DNA of 64,000 nt. Source: Escherichia coli. GTDB lineage: Bacteria > Pseudomonadota > Gammaproteobacteria > Enterobacterales > Enterobacteriaceae. Below the pieces are notes generated by a model that worked only from the letters and a program-made list of their open reading frames with translations, was not told the DNA's origin and searched no databases. Location of the stretch: the NCBI RefSeq assembly GCF_048403405.1, contig NZ_CP183129.1. One strand, given 5' to 3'. How positions within the stretch are numbered: position 1 is the stretch's first letter; each line of letters starts with the position of its first letter. Made by a program: the position numbers and the translations under genes. This document shows positions 32,095 through 45,474 of the stretch, one piece after another.

Positions 32095-33390
32095 ATGGTT
32101 AGTTTAGAGAAGAACGATCACTTAATGTTGGCGCGCCAGCTGCCATTGAAATCTGTTGCCCTGATACTGGCGGGAGGACGTGGTACCCGCCTGAAGGATT
32201 TAACCAATAAGCGAGCAAAACCGGCCGTACACTTCGGCGGTAAGTTCCGCATTATCGACTTTGCGCTGTCTAACTGCATCAACTCCGGGATCCGTCGTAT
32301 GGGCGTGATCACCCAGTACCAGTCCCACACTCTGGTGCAGCACATTCAGCGCGGCTGGTCATTCTTCAATGAAGAAATGAACGAGTTTGTCGATCTGCTG
32401 CCAGCACAGCAGAGAATGAAAGGGGAAAACTGGTATCGCGGCACCGCAGATGCAGTTACCCAAAACCTCGACATTATCCGCCGTTATAAAGCGGAATACG
32501 TGGTGATCCTGGCGGGCGACCATATCTACAAGCAAGACTACTCGCGTATGCTTATCGACCACGTCGAAAAAGGCGCACGTTGCACCGTTGCTTGTATGCC
32601 AGTACCGATTGAAGAAGCCTCCGCATTTGGCGTTATGGCGGTTGATGAGAACGATAAAATTATCGAATTCGTTGAAAAACCAGCTAACCCGCCGTCAATG
32701 CCGAACGATCCGAGCAAATCTCTGGCGAGTATGGGTATCTACGTCTTTGACGCCGACTATCTGTATGAACTGCTGGAAGAAGACGATCGCGATGAGAACT
32801 CCAGCCACGACTTTGGCAAAGATTTGATTCCCAAGATCACCGAAGCCGGTCTGGCCTATGCACACCCATTCCCGCTCTCTTGCGTACAATCCGACCCGGA
32901 TGCCGAGCCGTACTGGCGCGATGTGGGTACGCTGGAAGCTTACTGGAAAGCGAACCTCGATCTGGCCTCTGTGGTGCCGGAACTGGATATGTACGATCGC
33001 AATTGGCCAATTCGCACCTACAATGAATCATTACCGCCAGCGAAATTCGTGCAGGATCGCTCCGGTAGCCACGGGATGACCCTTAACTCACTGGTATCCG
33101 GCGGTTGTGTGATCTCCGGTTCGGTGGTGGTGCAGTCCGTTCTGTTCTCGCGCGTTCGCGTGAATTCATTCTGCAACATTGATTCCGCCGTATTGTTACC
33201 GGAAGTATGGGTAGGTCGCTCGTGCCGTCTGCGCCGCTGCGTCATCGATCGTGCTTGTGTTATTCCGGAAGGCATGGTGATTGGTGAAAACGCAGAGGAA
33301 GATGCACGTCGTTTCTATCGTTCAGAAGAAGGCATCGTGCTGGTAACGCGCGAAATGCTACGGAAGTTAGGGCATAAACAGGAGCGATAA
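32095..33390 (+). CDS. glgC: Glucose-1-phosphate adenylyltransferase GlgC (431 aa)
   Basis: ORF 32059..33390; start taken at [33 protein letters not shown] (32095). Confidence 0.93.
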
Positions 33391-34823
33391 TGCAGGTTTT
33401 ACATGTATGTTCAGAGATGTTCCCGCTGCTTAAAACCGGCGGTCTGGCTGATGTTATTGGGGCATTACCCGCAGCACAAATCGCAGACGGCGTTGACGCT
33501 CGCGTACTGTTGCCTGCATTTCCCGATATTCGCCGTGGCGTGACCGATGCGCAGGTAGTATCCCGTCGTGATACCTTCGCCGGACATATCACGCTGTTGT
33601 TCGGTCATTACAACGGGGTTGGCATTTACCTGATTGACGCGCCGCATCTCTATGATCGTCCGGGAAGCCCGTATCACGATACCAACTTATTTGCCTATAC
33701 CGACAACGTATTGCGTTTTGCGCTGCTGGGGTGGGTTGGGGCAGAAATGGCTAGCGGGCTTGACCCATTCTGGCGTCCTGATGTGGTGCATGCGCACGAC
33801 TGGCATGCAGGCCTTGCGCCTGCGTATCTGGCGGCGCGCGGGCGTCCGGCGAAGTCGGTGTTTACTGTGCACAACCTGGCCTATCAAGGCATGTTTTATG
33901 CACATCACATGAATGACATCCAATTGCCATGGTCATTCTTTAATATTCATGGGCTGGAATTCAACGGACAAATCTCTTTCCTGAAGGCCGGTCTGTACTA
34001 TGCCGATCACATTACGGCGGTCAGTCCAACCTACGCTCGCGAGATCACCGAACCGCAGTTTGCCTACGGTATGGAAGGTCTGTTGCAACAGCGTCACCGT
34101 GAAGGGCGTCTTTCCGGCGTACTGAACGGCGTGGACGAGAAAATCTGGAGTCCAGAGACGGACTTACTGTTGGCCTCGCGTTACACCCGCGATACGTTGG
34201 AAGATAAAGCGGAAAATAAGCGCCAGTTACAAATCGCAATGGGGCTTAAGGTTGACGATAAAGTGCCGCTTTTTGCAGTGGTGAGCCGTCTGACCAGCCA
34301 GAAAGGTCTCGACCTGGTGCTGGAGGCCTTACCGGGTCTTCTGGAGCAGGGCGGGCAACTGGCGCTACTCGGCGCGGGCGATCCGGTGCTGCAGGAAGGT
34401 TTCCTTGCGGCGGCAGCGGAATACCCCGGCCAGGTGGGCGTTCAGATTGGCTATCACGAAGCATTTTCGCATCGCATTATGGGCGGCGCGGACGTCATTC
34501 TGGTGCCCAGCCGTTTTGAACCGTGCGGCTTAACGCAACTTTATGGATTGAAGTACGGTACGCTGCCGTTAGTGCGGCGCACCGGTGGGCTTGCTGATAC
34601 GGTTTCTGACTGTTCTCTTGAGAACCTTGCAGATGGCGTCGCCAGTGGGTTTGTCTTTGAAGATAGTAATGCCTGGTCGCTGTTACGGGCTATTCGACGT
34701 GCTTTTGTACTGTGGTCCCGTCCTTCACTGTGGCGGTTTGTGCAACGTCAGGCTATGGCAATGGATTTTAGCTGGCAGGTCGCGGCGAAGTCGTACCGTG
34801 AGCTTTACTATCGCTTGAAATAG
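33390..34823 (+). CDS. glgA: Glycogen synthase GlgA
   Basis: 477 aa; [22 protein letters not shown] (KTGGL motif). Confidence 0.94.
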
Positions 34824-37289
<2,466 letters not shown>

Positions 37290-37305
37290 GTTCGCAAAGT
37301 GGTAA

Positions 37306-37355
37306 CTGCCGTGTGTTCTCTTAAAGCTATCGTTAATGGGCACACGGCATTTTTA
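37306..37355 (+). terminator. Intrinsic terminator after glgP
   Basis: tgccgtgtg ... cacacggca hairpin followed by tttttat. Confidence 0.6.
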
Positions 37356-37773
37356 TATCAGATAAACGATATGTCATGACAATTTACAGACAGCATCGAT
37401 ATATAATTCATATTTATTAATTCTTAATAATATTTCTCATCTGAGTATGTATCATACAATAAGCATTATAAATAACTAATAAATTATTTATTATATTTAT
37501 ATATTGCCCCACTCTTCAGTTATCCTGTCTAAAATAAATCTCTTTGTTTTCAAATGACTGTATTTTTATATAAAGTCAATCATTGCGAGCATGGATTCTT
37601 TTAGTTATATTACCAAGCAGCTCATATAATATTTTCCAGCCATTCTATCTCTTATTTTTTTTCTGTGGTTAACTACACCAGCTTTATTCATTTAAATAAT
37701 GTGACTTGTTAAAGCTGAATGTAAAAATAATCGCCAATATTGCTTGGATTTTTTAACAAAAGGAAAGGTATAA

Positions 37774-38478
37774 ATGAAATTCAATCTATCTAATTTATCC
37801 GCAGTTTTACTCGCATCAGGTATGCTGATGTCAACTGCGGTAACCGCTGCGCCAGGCGATGCATCACAATTTGGTGGTGCGGATACAGACTGGAGCACCG
37901 TTGATTATCCAAAACTCACCGATATGGATAGCAACACCGATGCGATGGGCGGAAACATCCGCTTTACTGGTCGTGTGGTTAAAGCGACGTGTAAGGTTGC
38001 TACAGAATCGAAACAGATTGAAGTGGTACTGCCAGTCGTACCTTCTAACGCTTTCACGGGCATTGATACCGAAGCAACGGGTGCCAGTAACCAGACTGAC
38101 TTCAACATTAAATTGACTGATTGTAGCAATACGGACAGTCAAAATATTGAATTTCGTTTTACTGGCGTAGCAGACGGTGCCAACCAGACGCTTGCCAATG
38201 AAGTGGAAGGAGCTGCTGATGCTGATGGTACTGGCGAAGCGGGAGCTACGGGTGTAGGGATTCGTATTTATTCTAAAAACACGACAACTGATGGCCTGAT
38301 TAAGCTGAACACACAAACTCCCCAGGGGAGTAGTTCTTCAGCAGCCTACGTGATTCCTGGCGATGCAGCCACTCATGATTTTACTGCGGCATTTACCGCG
38401 GGCTATGCTCAGAACGGTAGTACCGTTGCACCAGGTCTGGTGAAATCAACGGCAAGTTTCGTCGTGCTGTACGAATAA
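37774..38478 (+). CDS. Fimbrial major subunit (chaperone-usher pilin, 234 aa)
   Basis: Signal peptide MKFNLSNLSAVLLASGMLMSTAVTAA; conserved Cys pair; C-terminal SFVVLYE resembles a pilin donor-strand-acceptor terminus; RBS aaggaaagg. Confidence 0.8.
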   Translation: MKFNLSNLSAVLLASGMLMSTAVTAAPGDASQFGGADTDWSTVDYPKLTDMDSNTDAMGGNIRFTGRVVKATCKVATESKQIEVVLPVVPSNAFTGIDTEATGASNQTDFNIKLTDCSNTDSQNIEFRFTGVADGANQTLANEVEGAADADGTGEAGATGVGIRIYSKNTTTDGLIKLNTQTPQGSSSSAAYVIPGDAATHDFTAAFTAGYAQNGSTVAPGLVKSTASFVVLYE

Positions 38479-38598
38479 TTACAGCAAGATAATTTCAGGT
38501 TACAGTTACTTGTAACCTGAAATTAATATTACATGTTTATTTGTAATAAATAGACATGCATCAGTAATTACAATTAATTTCATCTACAAGGATGCAGT

Positions 38599-39351
38599 AT
38601 GAGATGGATTTCAAAAAATAAATGTTTTTCGAATAGAAACATTAATTCTTTGCTGAAGACCCAATATATCATAAGGGCCGGTGCTCTATTTTTACTATCC
38701 GCCATATCTATCAATGCTATTGCTGCGGGTGGCTTCGGTCTTGGTTCTACGCGTCTGGTTTATCCATCTGACAGTCAGCAAATTACGCTAAGTGTACAGA
38801 ATGGTGGGGCTAACACCAGCTATTTAATCCAGTCATGGATTGATGACAATCAAAGCAGTAAAAAAAGTCAGGATTTTGTGGTTACGCCTCCTTTATTTAT
38901 GTTACCAACGCGAAAAGAAGCCTCATTGAGGATAATGTTTATTGGTAAATCACAGTTACCGACTGATCGCGAAACATTATTCTGGATGAATGTGAAAGCG
39001 ATTCCGCCAACGGATGAGAAGAATACCCAGAAAAACACGTTACAACTGGCGTTACAAAACAGAATTAAATTATTTTACCGTCCGACTAATTTACCCGTTC
39101 AAGCTGGTAAAGCACGGGATATGCTGCGATTTAAATACGAAGGTAAACAGCTAAGAGTCATTAACCCTTCTCCCTATTATCTGACGGTGACTGGAATCAG
39201 GGTGCAAGGGGCAAAATTACCCAATGCGTTTGTTCCACCGAAAAGTGACGTAACAGTGTCTTCACCAGTGATGCTAGCCGGTGAAATTACTTATCAAACT
39301 ATCAATGATTACGGTGCCACAACGGCCAGGCAAAAGGGAACGATGCAATAA
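38599..39351 (+). CDS. Periplasmic fimbrial chaperone (PapD-like)
   Basis: 250 aa; conserved chaperone segments LGSTRLVYPSDSQ and NRIKLFYRP. Confidence 0.85.
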   Translation: MRWISKNKCFSNRNINSLLKTQYIIRAGALFLLSAISINAIAAGGFGLGSTRLVYPSDSQQITLSVQNGGANTSYLIQSWIDDNQSSKKSQDFVVTPPLFMLPTRKEASLRIMFIGKSQLPTDRETLFWMNVKAIPPTDEKNTQKNTLQLALQNRIKLFYRPTNLPVQAGKARDMLRFKYEGKQLRVINPSPYYLTVTGIRVQGAKLPNAFVPPKSDVTVSSPVMLAGEITYQTINDYGATTARQKGTMQ

Positions 39352-39392
39352 ACCTGGAAGATTAAAACGTTAAAGCAACTCAGGTCAGGGAT

Positions 39393-41984
39393 ATGAACCT
39401 AAAGCTCAGAAAACTCGAACACAGGATGGCAAGGCAGAAGCAGATGAGGCGGTGTATGCTGCTTCTACTGACACTTTTGCCTGCGTGTTCAGTGGCGGGT
39501 ATGCGCTTTAACCCTGCATTCCTGTCGGGTGATACAGAAGCTGTTGCTGATTTATCTCGTTTTGAGAAAGGGATGACATATCTACCTGGTAGTTATGAGG
39601 TTGAAATATGGGTCAATGATTCGCCTTTGACATCACGTAAGGTTACTTTCAAAGCTGATGAGCAGAATCAGTTGATCCCCTGTTTTTCGCTCGATGAGTT
39701 AGTTACTTTAGGAATTAACAAAAGTGCATTGCCGGAACAGGCGCAAGCAGAGGGAAATAATTGTCTCGATTTACGTATATGGTTCGCAGAAGTTCAATAC
39801 ACTCCTGAACTGGATGCGCAACGACTCAAACTGACCTTTCCGCAGGCAATATTAAAGCATGAAGCCCGTGGTTATATTCCACCTGAGGAATGGGATAATG
39901 GTATCCCGGCCATTCTTATTAATTATGATTTTTCTGGCAACAGTGATCGTGGAGACTATGCGTCTGATAGTTATTATTTAAATCTCCGTTCAGGTTTAAA
40001 TTTAGGGGCGTGGCGTTTTCGTGATTATTCTACATGGAGTCGTTCAGGTAATTCACCGGGTAAAATTGCACATGTGAGTAGTACGTTACAACGAGTAATT
40101 ATTCCTTTTAAAAGTGAATTAACACTAGGTGATACCTGGTCTTCATCGGATGTTTTCGACAGTGTGAGTATTCGTGGTGCTAAACTTGAATCCGATGAAA
40201 ACATGCTACCCGATAGCCAAAGTGGTTTTGCCCCCACTGTGCGCGGTATTGCTAAAAGCAATGCTCAGGTAACGATCAAACAAAATGGCTATGTTATTTA
40301 TCAGACATATACTCCACCGGGACCCTTTGAAATCAACGATCTGAACCCTACGTCTTCCGCTGGGGATTTGGAAGTTACGATCAAAGAGTCTGATAATTCC
40401 GAAACTATCTATACCATTCCTTACGCCGCTGTTCCCATTCTTCAACGCGAAGGGCATATTAAATATTCGGCAACTGCCGGTAAATATCGTAGCAATAGCT
40501 ATAATCAAAACAGTCCGAATGTCTTTCAAGGAGATTTGATTTGGGGGTTACCCTGGGATATTACCGCCTACGGAGGGATGCAATACTCAAATAATTATCG
40601 GGCAATAGCACTCGGGCTTGGGTTCAACCTTGGTATGTTTGGTGCGACGTCATTTGATTTAACGCAAGCCAATAGCACGCTTGCCGATGGCAGTAAACAT
40701 CAAGGGCAATCGTACCGTTTCCTATATTCAAAATCGTTAGTGCAGACAGGTACGGCTTTTCAGATTATTGGTTATCGCTATTCGACGGAGGGATTTTATT
40801 CGTTGAGTGATACCACATACAAACAAATGTCGGGTACGGTTATCGATCCAGATACCCTTAATGAAAAAGACTATGTTTATAACTGGAATGATTTTTATAA
40901 TTTACGTTATAACAAAAGAGGAAAGTTTCAGGCAAATATATCGCAACCATTGGGCGAATATGGCTCTATGTATTTGGCGGCAAGTCAACAAACTTACTGG
41001 AATACGAATAATAAAGATACCTTGTATCAGGTCGGCTATAATACGAGTGTACATGGGATTTATTTAAATATTGCTTATAATTATAGTAAGTCACCAGGTT
41101 CAGATGCGGACAGAATCTTATCCGTAAATGTCTCATTGCCGATCAGCAATTGGTTATCACCAGCTGTCGATGGGCGTACTGCGACAAATTCTATGACAGC
41201 AACTTATGGTTATAGTCAGGATAATAGCGGTCATGTAAATCAGTATGCCGGAGTATCTGGATCGCTGCTGGAACAACATAATCTCAACTATAATATTCAA
41301 CAAAATTTTGCCAACCAGAATAATGGCGAAAATGGCTCGGTAGGGATAAATTACCGTGGTACATATGGTTCACTAAATTCTGGATACAGCTACGATAATA
41401 ATGGTAACCAGCAATTTAACTATGGTTTAAGTGGTGCCCTGGTTATTCACGAAAATGGTCTCACGTTAAGCCAGCCGTTAGGAGAAACAAATATACTGAT
41501 AAAAGCACCTGGGGCAAACAATGTAAATGTGGAACGCGGAACGGGGGTTAAAACAGACTGGCGTGGCTATGCTGTCGTACCTTATGCCACGGAATATCGG
41601 CGTAATAATATCTCTTTAGACCCTATGTCTATGAGTATGCATACAGAATTAGATGCTACTACTATGGAAGTGATACCCAGCAAAGGTGCTTTAGTTCGTG
41701 CTGAGTTTAATGCACATGTCGGTATTCGAGGTTTATTTAATGTTCATTATCGTAATAAACCAGTTCCATTTGGTGCGACGGTCAGTGTACCCACTGAGGG
41801 GACAACTCAGATTACAGGAATAGTGGGTGACAGTGGACAGGTTTATCTCTCCGGTTTGCCTTTACAAGGCATAATAAATATACAGTGGGGAGAAAGTTCT
41901 TATCAGCAATGTCGGGCAAACTATCAATTACCGGAAAGTGAGTTGGATAATGCCATTAGCTATGCAAATCTGGAGTGCCGCTAA
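39393..41984 (+). CDS. Outer membrane fimbrial usher protein
   Basis: 863 aa; N-terminal FNPAFL usher motif; beta-rich, size typical of ushers. The exact start within the first ~35 codons is uncertain. Confidence 0.88.
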   Translation: MNLKLRKLEHRMARQKQMRRCMLLLLTLLPACSVAGMRFNPAFLSGDTEAVADLSRFEKGMTYLPGSYEVEIWVNDSPLTSRKVTFKADEQNQLIPCFSLDELVTLGINKSALPEQAQAEGNNCLDLRIWFAEVQYTPELDAQRLKLTFPQAILKHEARGYIPPEEWDNGIPAILINYDFSGNSDRGDYASDSYYLNLRSGLNLGAWRFRDYSTWSRSGNSPGKIAHVSSTLQRVIIPFKSELTLGDTWSSSDVFDSVSIRGAKLESDENMLPDSQSGFAPTVRGIAKSNAQVTIKQNGYVIYQTYTPPGPFEINDLNPTSSAGDLEVTIKESDNSETIYTIPYAAVPILQREGHIKYSATAGKYRSNSYNQNSPNVFQGDLIWGLPWDITAYGGMQYSNNYRAIALGLGFNLGMFGATSFDLTQANSTLADGSKHQGQSYRFLYSKSLVQTGTAFQIIGYRYSTEGFYSLSDTTYKQMSGTVIDPDTLNEKDYVYNWNDFYNLRYNKRGKFQANISQPLGEYGSMYLAASQQTYWNTNNKDTLYQVGYNTSVHGIYLNIAYNYSKSPGSDADRILSVNVSLPISNWLSPAVDGRTATNSMTATYGYSQDNSGHVNQYAGVSGSLLEQHNLNYNIQQNFANQNNGENGSVGINYRGTYGSLNSGYSYDNNGNQQFNYGLSGALVIHENGLTLSQPLGETNILIKAPGANNVNVERGTGVKTDWRGYAVVPYATEYRRNNISLDPMSMSMHTELDATTMEVIPSKGALVRAEFNAHVGIRGLFNVHYRNKPVPFGATVSVPTEGTTQITGIVGDSGQVYLSGLPLQGIINIQWGESSYQQCRANYQLPESELDNAISYANLECR

Positions 41985-42547
41985 TGAATATATTACAAAA
42001 ATTTATTCTATTAATGTTTAGATCATTGTTCATGATGGTGATTTCATATAACGCACTGGCTAACGATACTGTAGTGGTCACATTTACAGGACAATTATTA
42101 GCGAAAACGTGTGATATTACAACTGGAAGTAAAGACCAGCCAGTAAACATGGGAACTTATGACGTCAATGATTTTTTGAATGTAGGGGATGTTTCTGGCA
42201 GCCATACATTTACGATCAATCTGGAAGGATGTCCTACAACAACCAGTACTGTTTATAGTTCAGGAGTAAGTGCTAATGTGCAGTTTACCGGGGATGCTGA
42301 TGCTATAAATACCACTTTATTACGCCTTACTTCCAGCGCGGATAGTGCAACTGGAGTGGGCATCGAAATTTTAGACAGTAATGATAAAATTATAGCAATT
42401 AATAGTGAATCAGGATTCAAAGAGTTAATTTTAAATAATAATGGCGATGCCAGTTTAACCTTTAAACTCCGCTATAAGTCAACTCAGCAAAACGTACATG
42501 CGGGACAGGCGAACGCACTATTGTACTTTGATATAGACTATCAGTGA
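41984..42547 (+). CDS. Fimbrial minor subunit
   Basis: ORF 41975..42547 begins at GTG; ATG at 41984 overlaps the usher stop and gives signal peptide MNILQKFILLMFRSLFMMVISYNALA; pilin-like Cys pair. Confidence 0.78.
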   Translation: MNILQKFILLMFRSLFMMVISYNALANDTVVVTFTGQLLAKTCDITTGSKDQPVNMGTYDVNDFLNVGDVSGSHTFTINLEGCPTTTSTVYSSGVSANVQFTGDADAINTTLLRLTSSADSATGVGIEILDSNDKIIAINSESGFKELILNNNGDASLTFKLRYKSTQQNVHAGQANALLYFDIDYQ

Positions 42548-42554
42548 GGTTAAT

Positions 42555-43079
42555 ATGACACGATATTGGAATTTAATTGCCCTATTATTCTCTGTGATAT
42601 CTATGTCATCCATTGCTGATGATACAACGCATGCAGGTGTTGTACGCATCGAAGGAATTATAACAGCAAAGACTTGTATTGTTGCCGATGAGTCTAAAAA
42701 TTTCACAGTTAACATGCCTGATGTTCCCAGTTATACGGTGAGAAATTCAGGGAGTGTTACTGAAAAAATTGGCTTCTCTTTAAAGTTAACCCGTTGTGGC
42801 AGTGATGTCAGTAATGCCAATGTCACGTTTGATGGAATACCAGTTAGTGAAGACGCAGCCCTATATAAACTGGAAGAGGGCTCAGTCGATGGGTTAGCAC
42901 TGGCTATTTTTGATAACAACAGACAAAGTATTAGTAATGGTATAAAGAGTACAAGTTATGCCCTTACACCATTGGTAGATAATACATTGCATTTCTTTGC
43001 TGCTTATAAAGCTATAAAAAATGATGTACAACCAGGAGATGCGAATGCATCAGTTTCCTTTATCGTCACTTATGATTAA
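42555..43079 (+). CDS. Fimbrial minor subunit
   Basis: 174 aa with signal peptide MTRYWNLIALLFSVISMSSIA; pilin-like C-terminus SFIVTYD. Confidence 0.78.
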   Translation: MTRYWNLIALLFSVISMSSIADDTTHAGVVRIEGIITAKTCIVADESKNFTVNMPDVPSYTVRNSGSVTEKIGFSLKLTRCGSDVSNANVTFDGIPVSEDAALYKLEEGSVDGLALAIFDNNRQSISNGIKSTSYALTPLVDNTLHFFAAYKAIKNDVQPGDANASVSFIVTYD

Positions 43080-43824
43080 CGTGCTGATATGCATTTTAAT
43101 ATGTTGCACAAATGCGCAGGCAGGAGTTGTTGTTGGCGGTACTCGTTTTGTTTACCCAGAAAAGCAGTCATCAATTTCGGTCGAGCTTAAAAATACTGCC
43201 AGTAAAGATATGCTGGTTAAAATTTCCGTGACACCTGATGATGGACGTCAGTTAAAAGGGACACTGGAATCCCAGCCTTTACTTCCAGATAAGGCGTTTA
43301 TTGCCACACCACCATTATTGGTACTTAAACAAGATAAAAATACCAAAATAAGAATCAATCGCGTGGGGGGGCAGTTACCTATAGATCGTGAGAGTTTATT
43401 TATACTGAATATTGCAGCGTTACCTGCTCAGGAACAAAACTCACAGCTTAAGAATGAAAATCAACTCCAGGTGGCTGTACGTAATAGGATGAAAATATTT
43501 TACCGCCCAGAGACGTTATCAGGTAATCCACTTGACGCTTATCAACAGTTACGCTGGTCGCGAAACAATGAAGCTGTCACCGTTTTTAACCCTACGCCCT
43601 GGTATGTGACACTCTATAATTTATCTATTGATGGTAAAAGCATAAATGGTGGCATGGTTGCACCATTTAGTCATCGCCAACAGGATTGGTGTCAGCGGCA
43701 AGGATATTGTGAGATTAACTGGCAAACACTAGATCTTTACAATAATGCCTTACCCGTATGGAGCGTAAAATTAAATGTTTTACAAAATAATGCTATTATG
43801 GGTGCAGTAGCGATACATGGATAA
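43045..43824 (+). CDS. Second periplasmic fimbrial chaperone (PapD-like)
   Basis: ORF 43021..43824; ATG at 43045 follows AGGAGA and gives MHQFPLSSLMINVLICILICCTNAQA; motifs GGTRFVYPEKQ and NRMKIFYRP. Confidence 0.82.
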   Translation: MHQFPLSSLMINVLICILICCTNAQAGVVVGGTRFVYPEKQSSISVELKNTASKDMLVKISVTPDDGRQLKGTLESQPLLPDKAFIATPPLLVLKQDKNTKIRINRVGGQLPIDRESLFILNIAALPAQEQNSQLKNENQLQVAVRNRMKIFYRPETLSGNPLDAYQQLRWSRNNEAVTVFNPTPWYVTLYNLSIDGKSINGGMVAPFSHRQQDWCQRQGYCEINWQTLDLYNNALPVWSVKLNVLQNNAIMGAVAIHG

Positions 43825-43834
43825 CTGGAGAAGC

Positions 43835-44968
43835 ATGATGCTTACTTATTTTTGGGGGAATATAAAAGCAATTTGTATATTGTTTGTTCTTTTAGTCAGT
43901 AGCTGCTATAACATAGTATATGCTGAAGATATGGGACGGGATCGCGCCTTTTGTTATCCTGGTGCACCAGGTAATAATACTACTCCTGCGACATTTTCTT
44001 ATAATTTTGGTACGGTAATTGTCTCAGATGTTAATAATAATTCGCCTGGGACAGTATTACCCTCGCAGGACTGGAAAATAGGGCATTATAAGGCTTATTG
44101 TAATTCTCTGGATGATTATGAGGTTTATTTTTCTGGTGTTTCTGGGATTGATCCGTCAGGAGCGTCTGGTGATCATCAGGGGAGCGATATATTTATTCCT
44201 TTGACTCATGAAATATCTGTCTCGACACATGTAAAGCTCTATAATAAAAATGGCACAATGACAGATAAGGCAGTACCTTTTGACAACTATAGCACCAATT
44301 ATCCAGCAGACAGAAGTAAACCATCAAGTTGGGCCTCAGGAACAGAAGGTTATATAAAAATCAGACTTGATAAAAAAATAATATCCGATATCTCAATAAA
44401 TAACGTATTGCTGGTTTCTTTGTATGTCAGCCAGTTTCCAACAGAGCACGGACCAATTCCAGTATTTAATGCTTATATTGGCAACTTAAATATTGAAGTT
44501 CCACAAGGTTGCACAATTAATGAGGGAACTAGTTTTACCGTTAATATGCCGGATGTCTGGGCCAGCGAATTAAGTCGGGCTGGTGCTGGAGTAAAACCAA
44601 CAGGTATTTCTCCAGTGGCAACCACTATTCCGATAAATTGTACGAACAAAGATATTGATGCCGTAATGACGCTGGTTTTCGATGGCAATATTTCATCAAC
44701 GAGAGATGTTAATGGTCGGCAAAGCATTATTCAGGCGGAGGATAACCCCGACGTTGGCATTATGATTATGGATAGCCAACAGGAATCCGTAGACTTAAAT
44801 GCATTGGCTGCGCATGTTGGTGTGCCATTTAAGTTAGTTGAAAACCAGGCTGAGTCAGCTCAGACGGCAGATGTGACTTTTCTGTCTCTCCCTGTAAGTA
44901 CCACAGGGCGACGCCCTGCTGCAGGCCGTTATAATGCCCTGGCTGTTTTGCGGGTGGAATACCAATGA
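43835..44968 (+). CDS. Putative fimbrial tip adhesin (two-domain pilin-like, about 377 aa)
   Basis: ORF 43817..44968; start likely MMLTYFWGNIKAICILFVLLVSS at 43835; size and terminal position fit a lectin-plus-pilin adhesin. Start uncertain by up to 6 codons. Confidence 0.7.
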   Translation: MMLTYFWGNIKAICILFVLLVSSCYNIVYAEDMGRDRAFCYPGAPGNNTTPATFSYNFGTVIVSDVNNNSPGTVLPSQDWKIGHYKAYCNSLDDYEVYFSGVSGIDPSGASGDHQGSDIFIPLTHEISVSTHVKLYNKNGTMTDKAVPFDNYSTNYPADRSKPSSWASGTEGYIKIRLDKKIISDISINNVLLVSLYVSQFPTEHGPIPVFNAYIGNLNIEVPQGCTINEGTSFTVNMPDVWASELSRAGAGVKPTGISPVATTIPINCTNKDIDAVMTLVFDGNISSTRDVNGRQSIIQAEDNPDVGIMIMDSQQESVDLNALAAHVGVPFKLVENQAESAQTADVTFLSLPVSTTGRRPAAGRYNALAVLRVEYQ

Positions 44969-45312
44969 TGTGTGAGTCAGTGCAGAATCGGATTAGCCCG
45001 TTTTTAGCCATCGGTAGGGTAAAGTTTGATGGAAAATATGGGTTATGTGCCGATGTATCCCACAATGAAATAACCCTCGAGGGAAAGGAATCAGCGCGAT
45101 GAACAAATTCACGGTGTTTTGCTGCTAGGTGTGGTATTTCTCGGCTTTATTATTGTACCGTTCTTGATATGGCCGACGGTGGTTGCGCTGGCTGCTTGTA
45201 TTATTACGCTGAGTTTTCTGGGGAGATACTGTTCTCTATCCCGCTCATGATCAGGCATATTTCACTTCTGGAATTACAACTTTGGTTATCGGTTGTATAT
45301 GCGCTTTGTCCA

Positions 45313-45419
45313 TGCCGGATGCGACGTGAACGTCTTATTGGCCTACAAAATCATGCAAATTCAATATATTGCATAAACCACGTAGGCCTGATAAGCGTAG
45401 CGCATCAGGCAGTTTTTTT
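45313..45419. repeat. REP/BIME element with trailing T-run (terminator-like on + strand)
   Basis: tgccggatgcgacgtgaacgtcttattggcctac ... gtaggcctgataagcgtagcgcatcaggc followed by agttttttt. Confidence 0.6.
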
Positions 45420-45474
45420 GTTTATCATCAGTCTCAGGTCAGATTGAAATCTGACCTGACCACCTTACGTTAAA

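Noticed and set aside
45169-45447. 92-aa + strand ORF (MADGGCAGCLYYYAEF...) between the fimbrial operon and glpD
   Set aside because: Its 3' half is translated straight through REP/BIME palindromes (45313-45410); no RBS; more likely non-coding. It may correspond to a hypothetical K-12 annotation I recall only vaguely at this locus (possibly yzgL).
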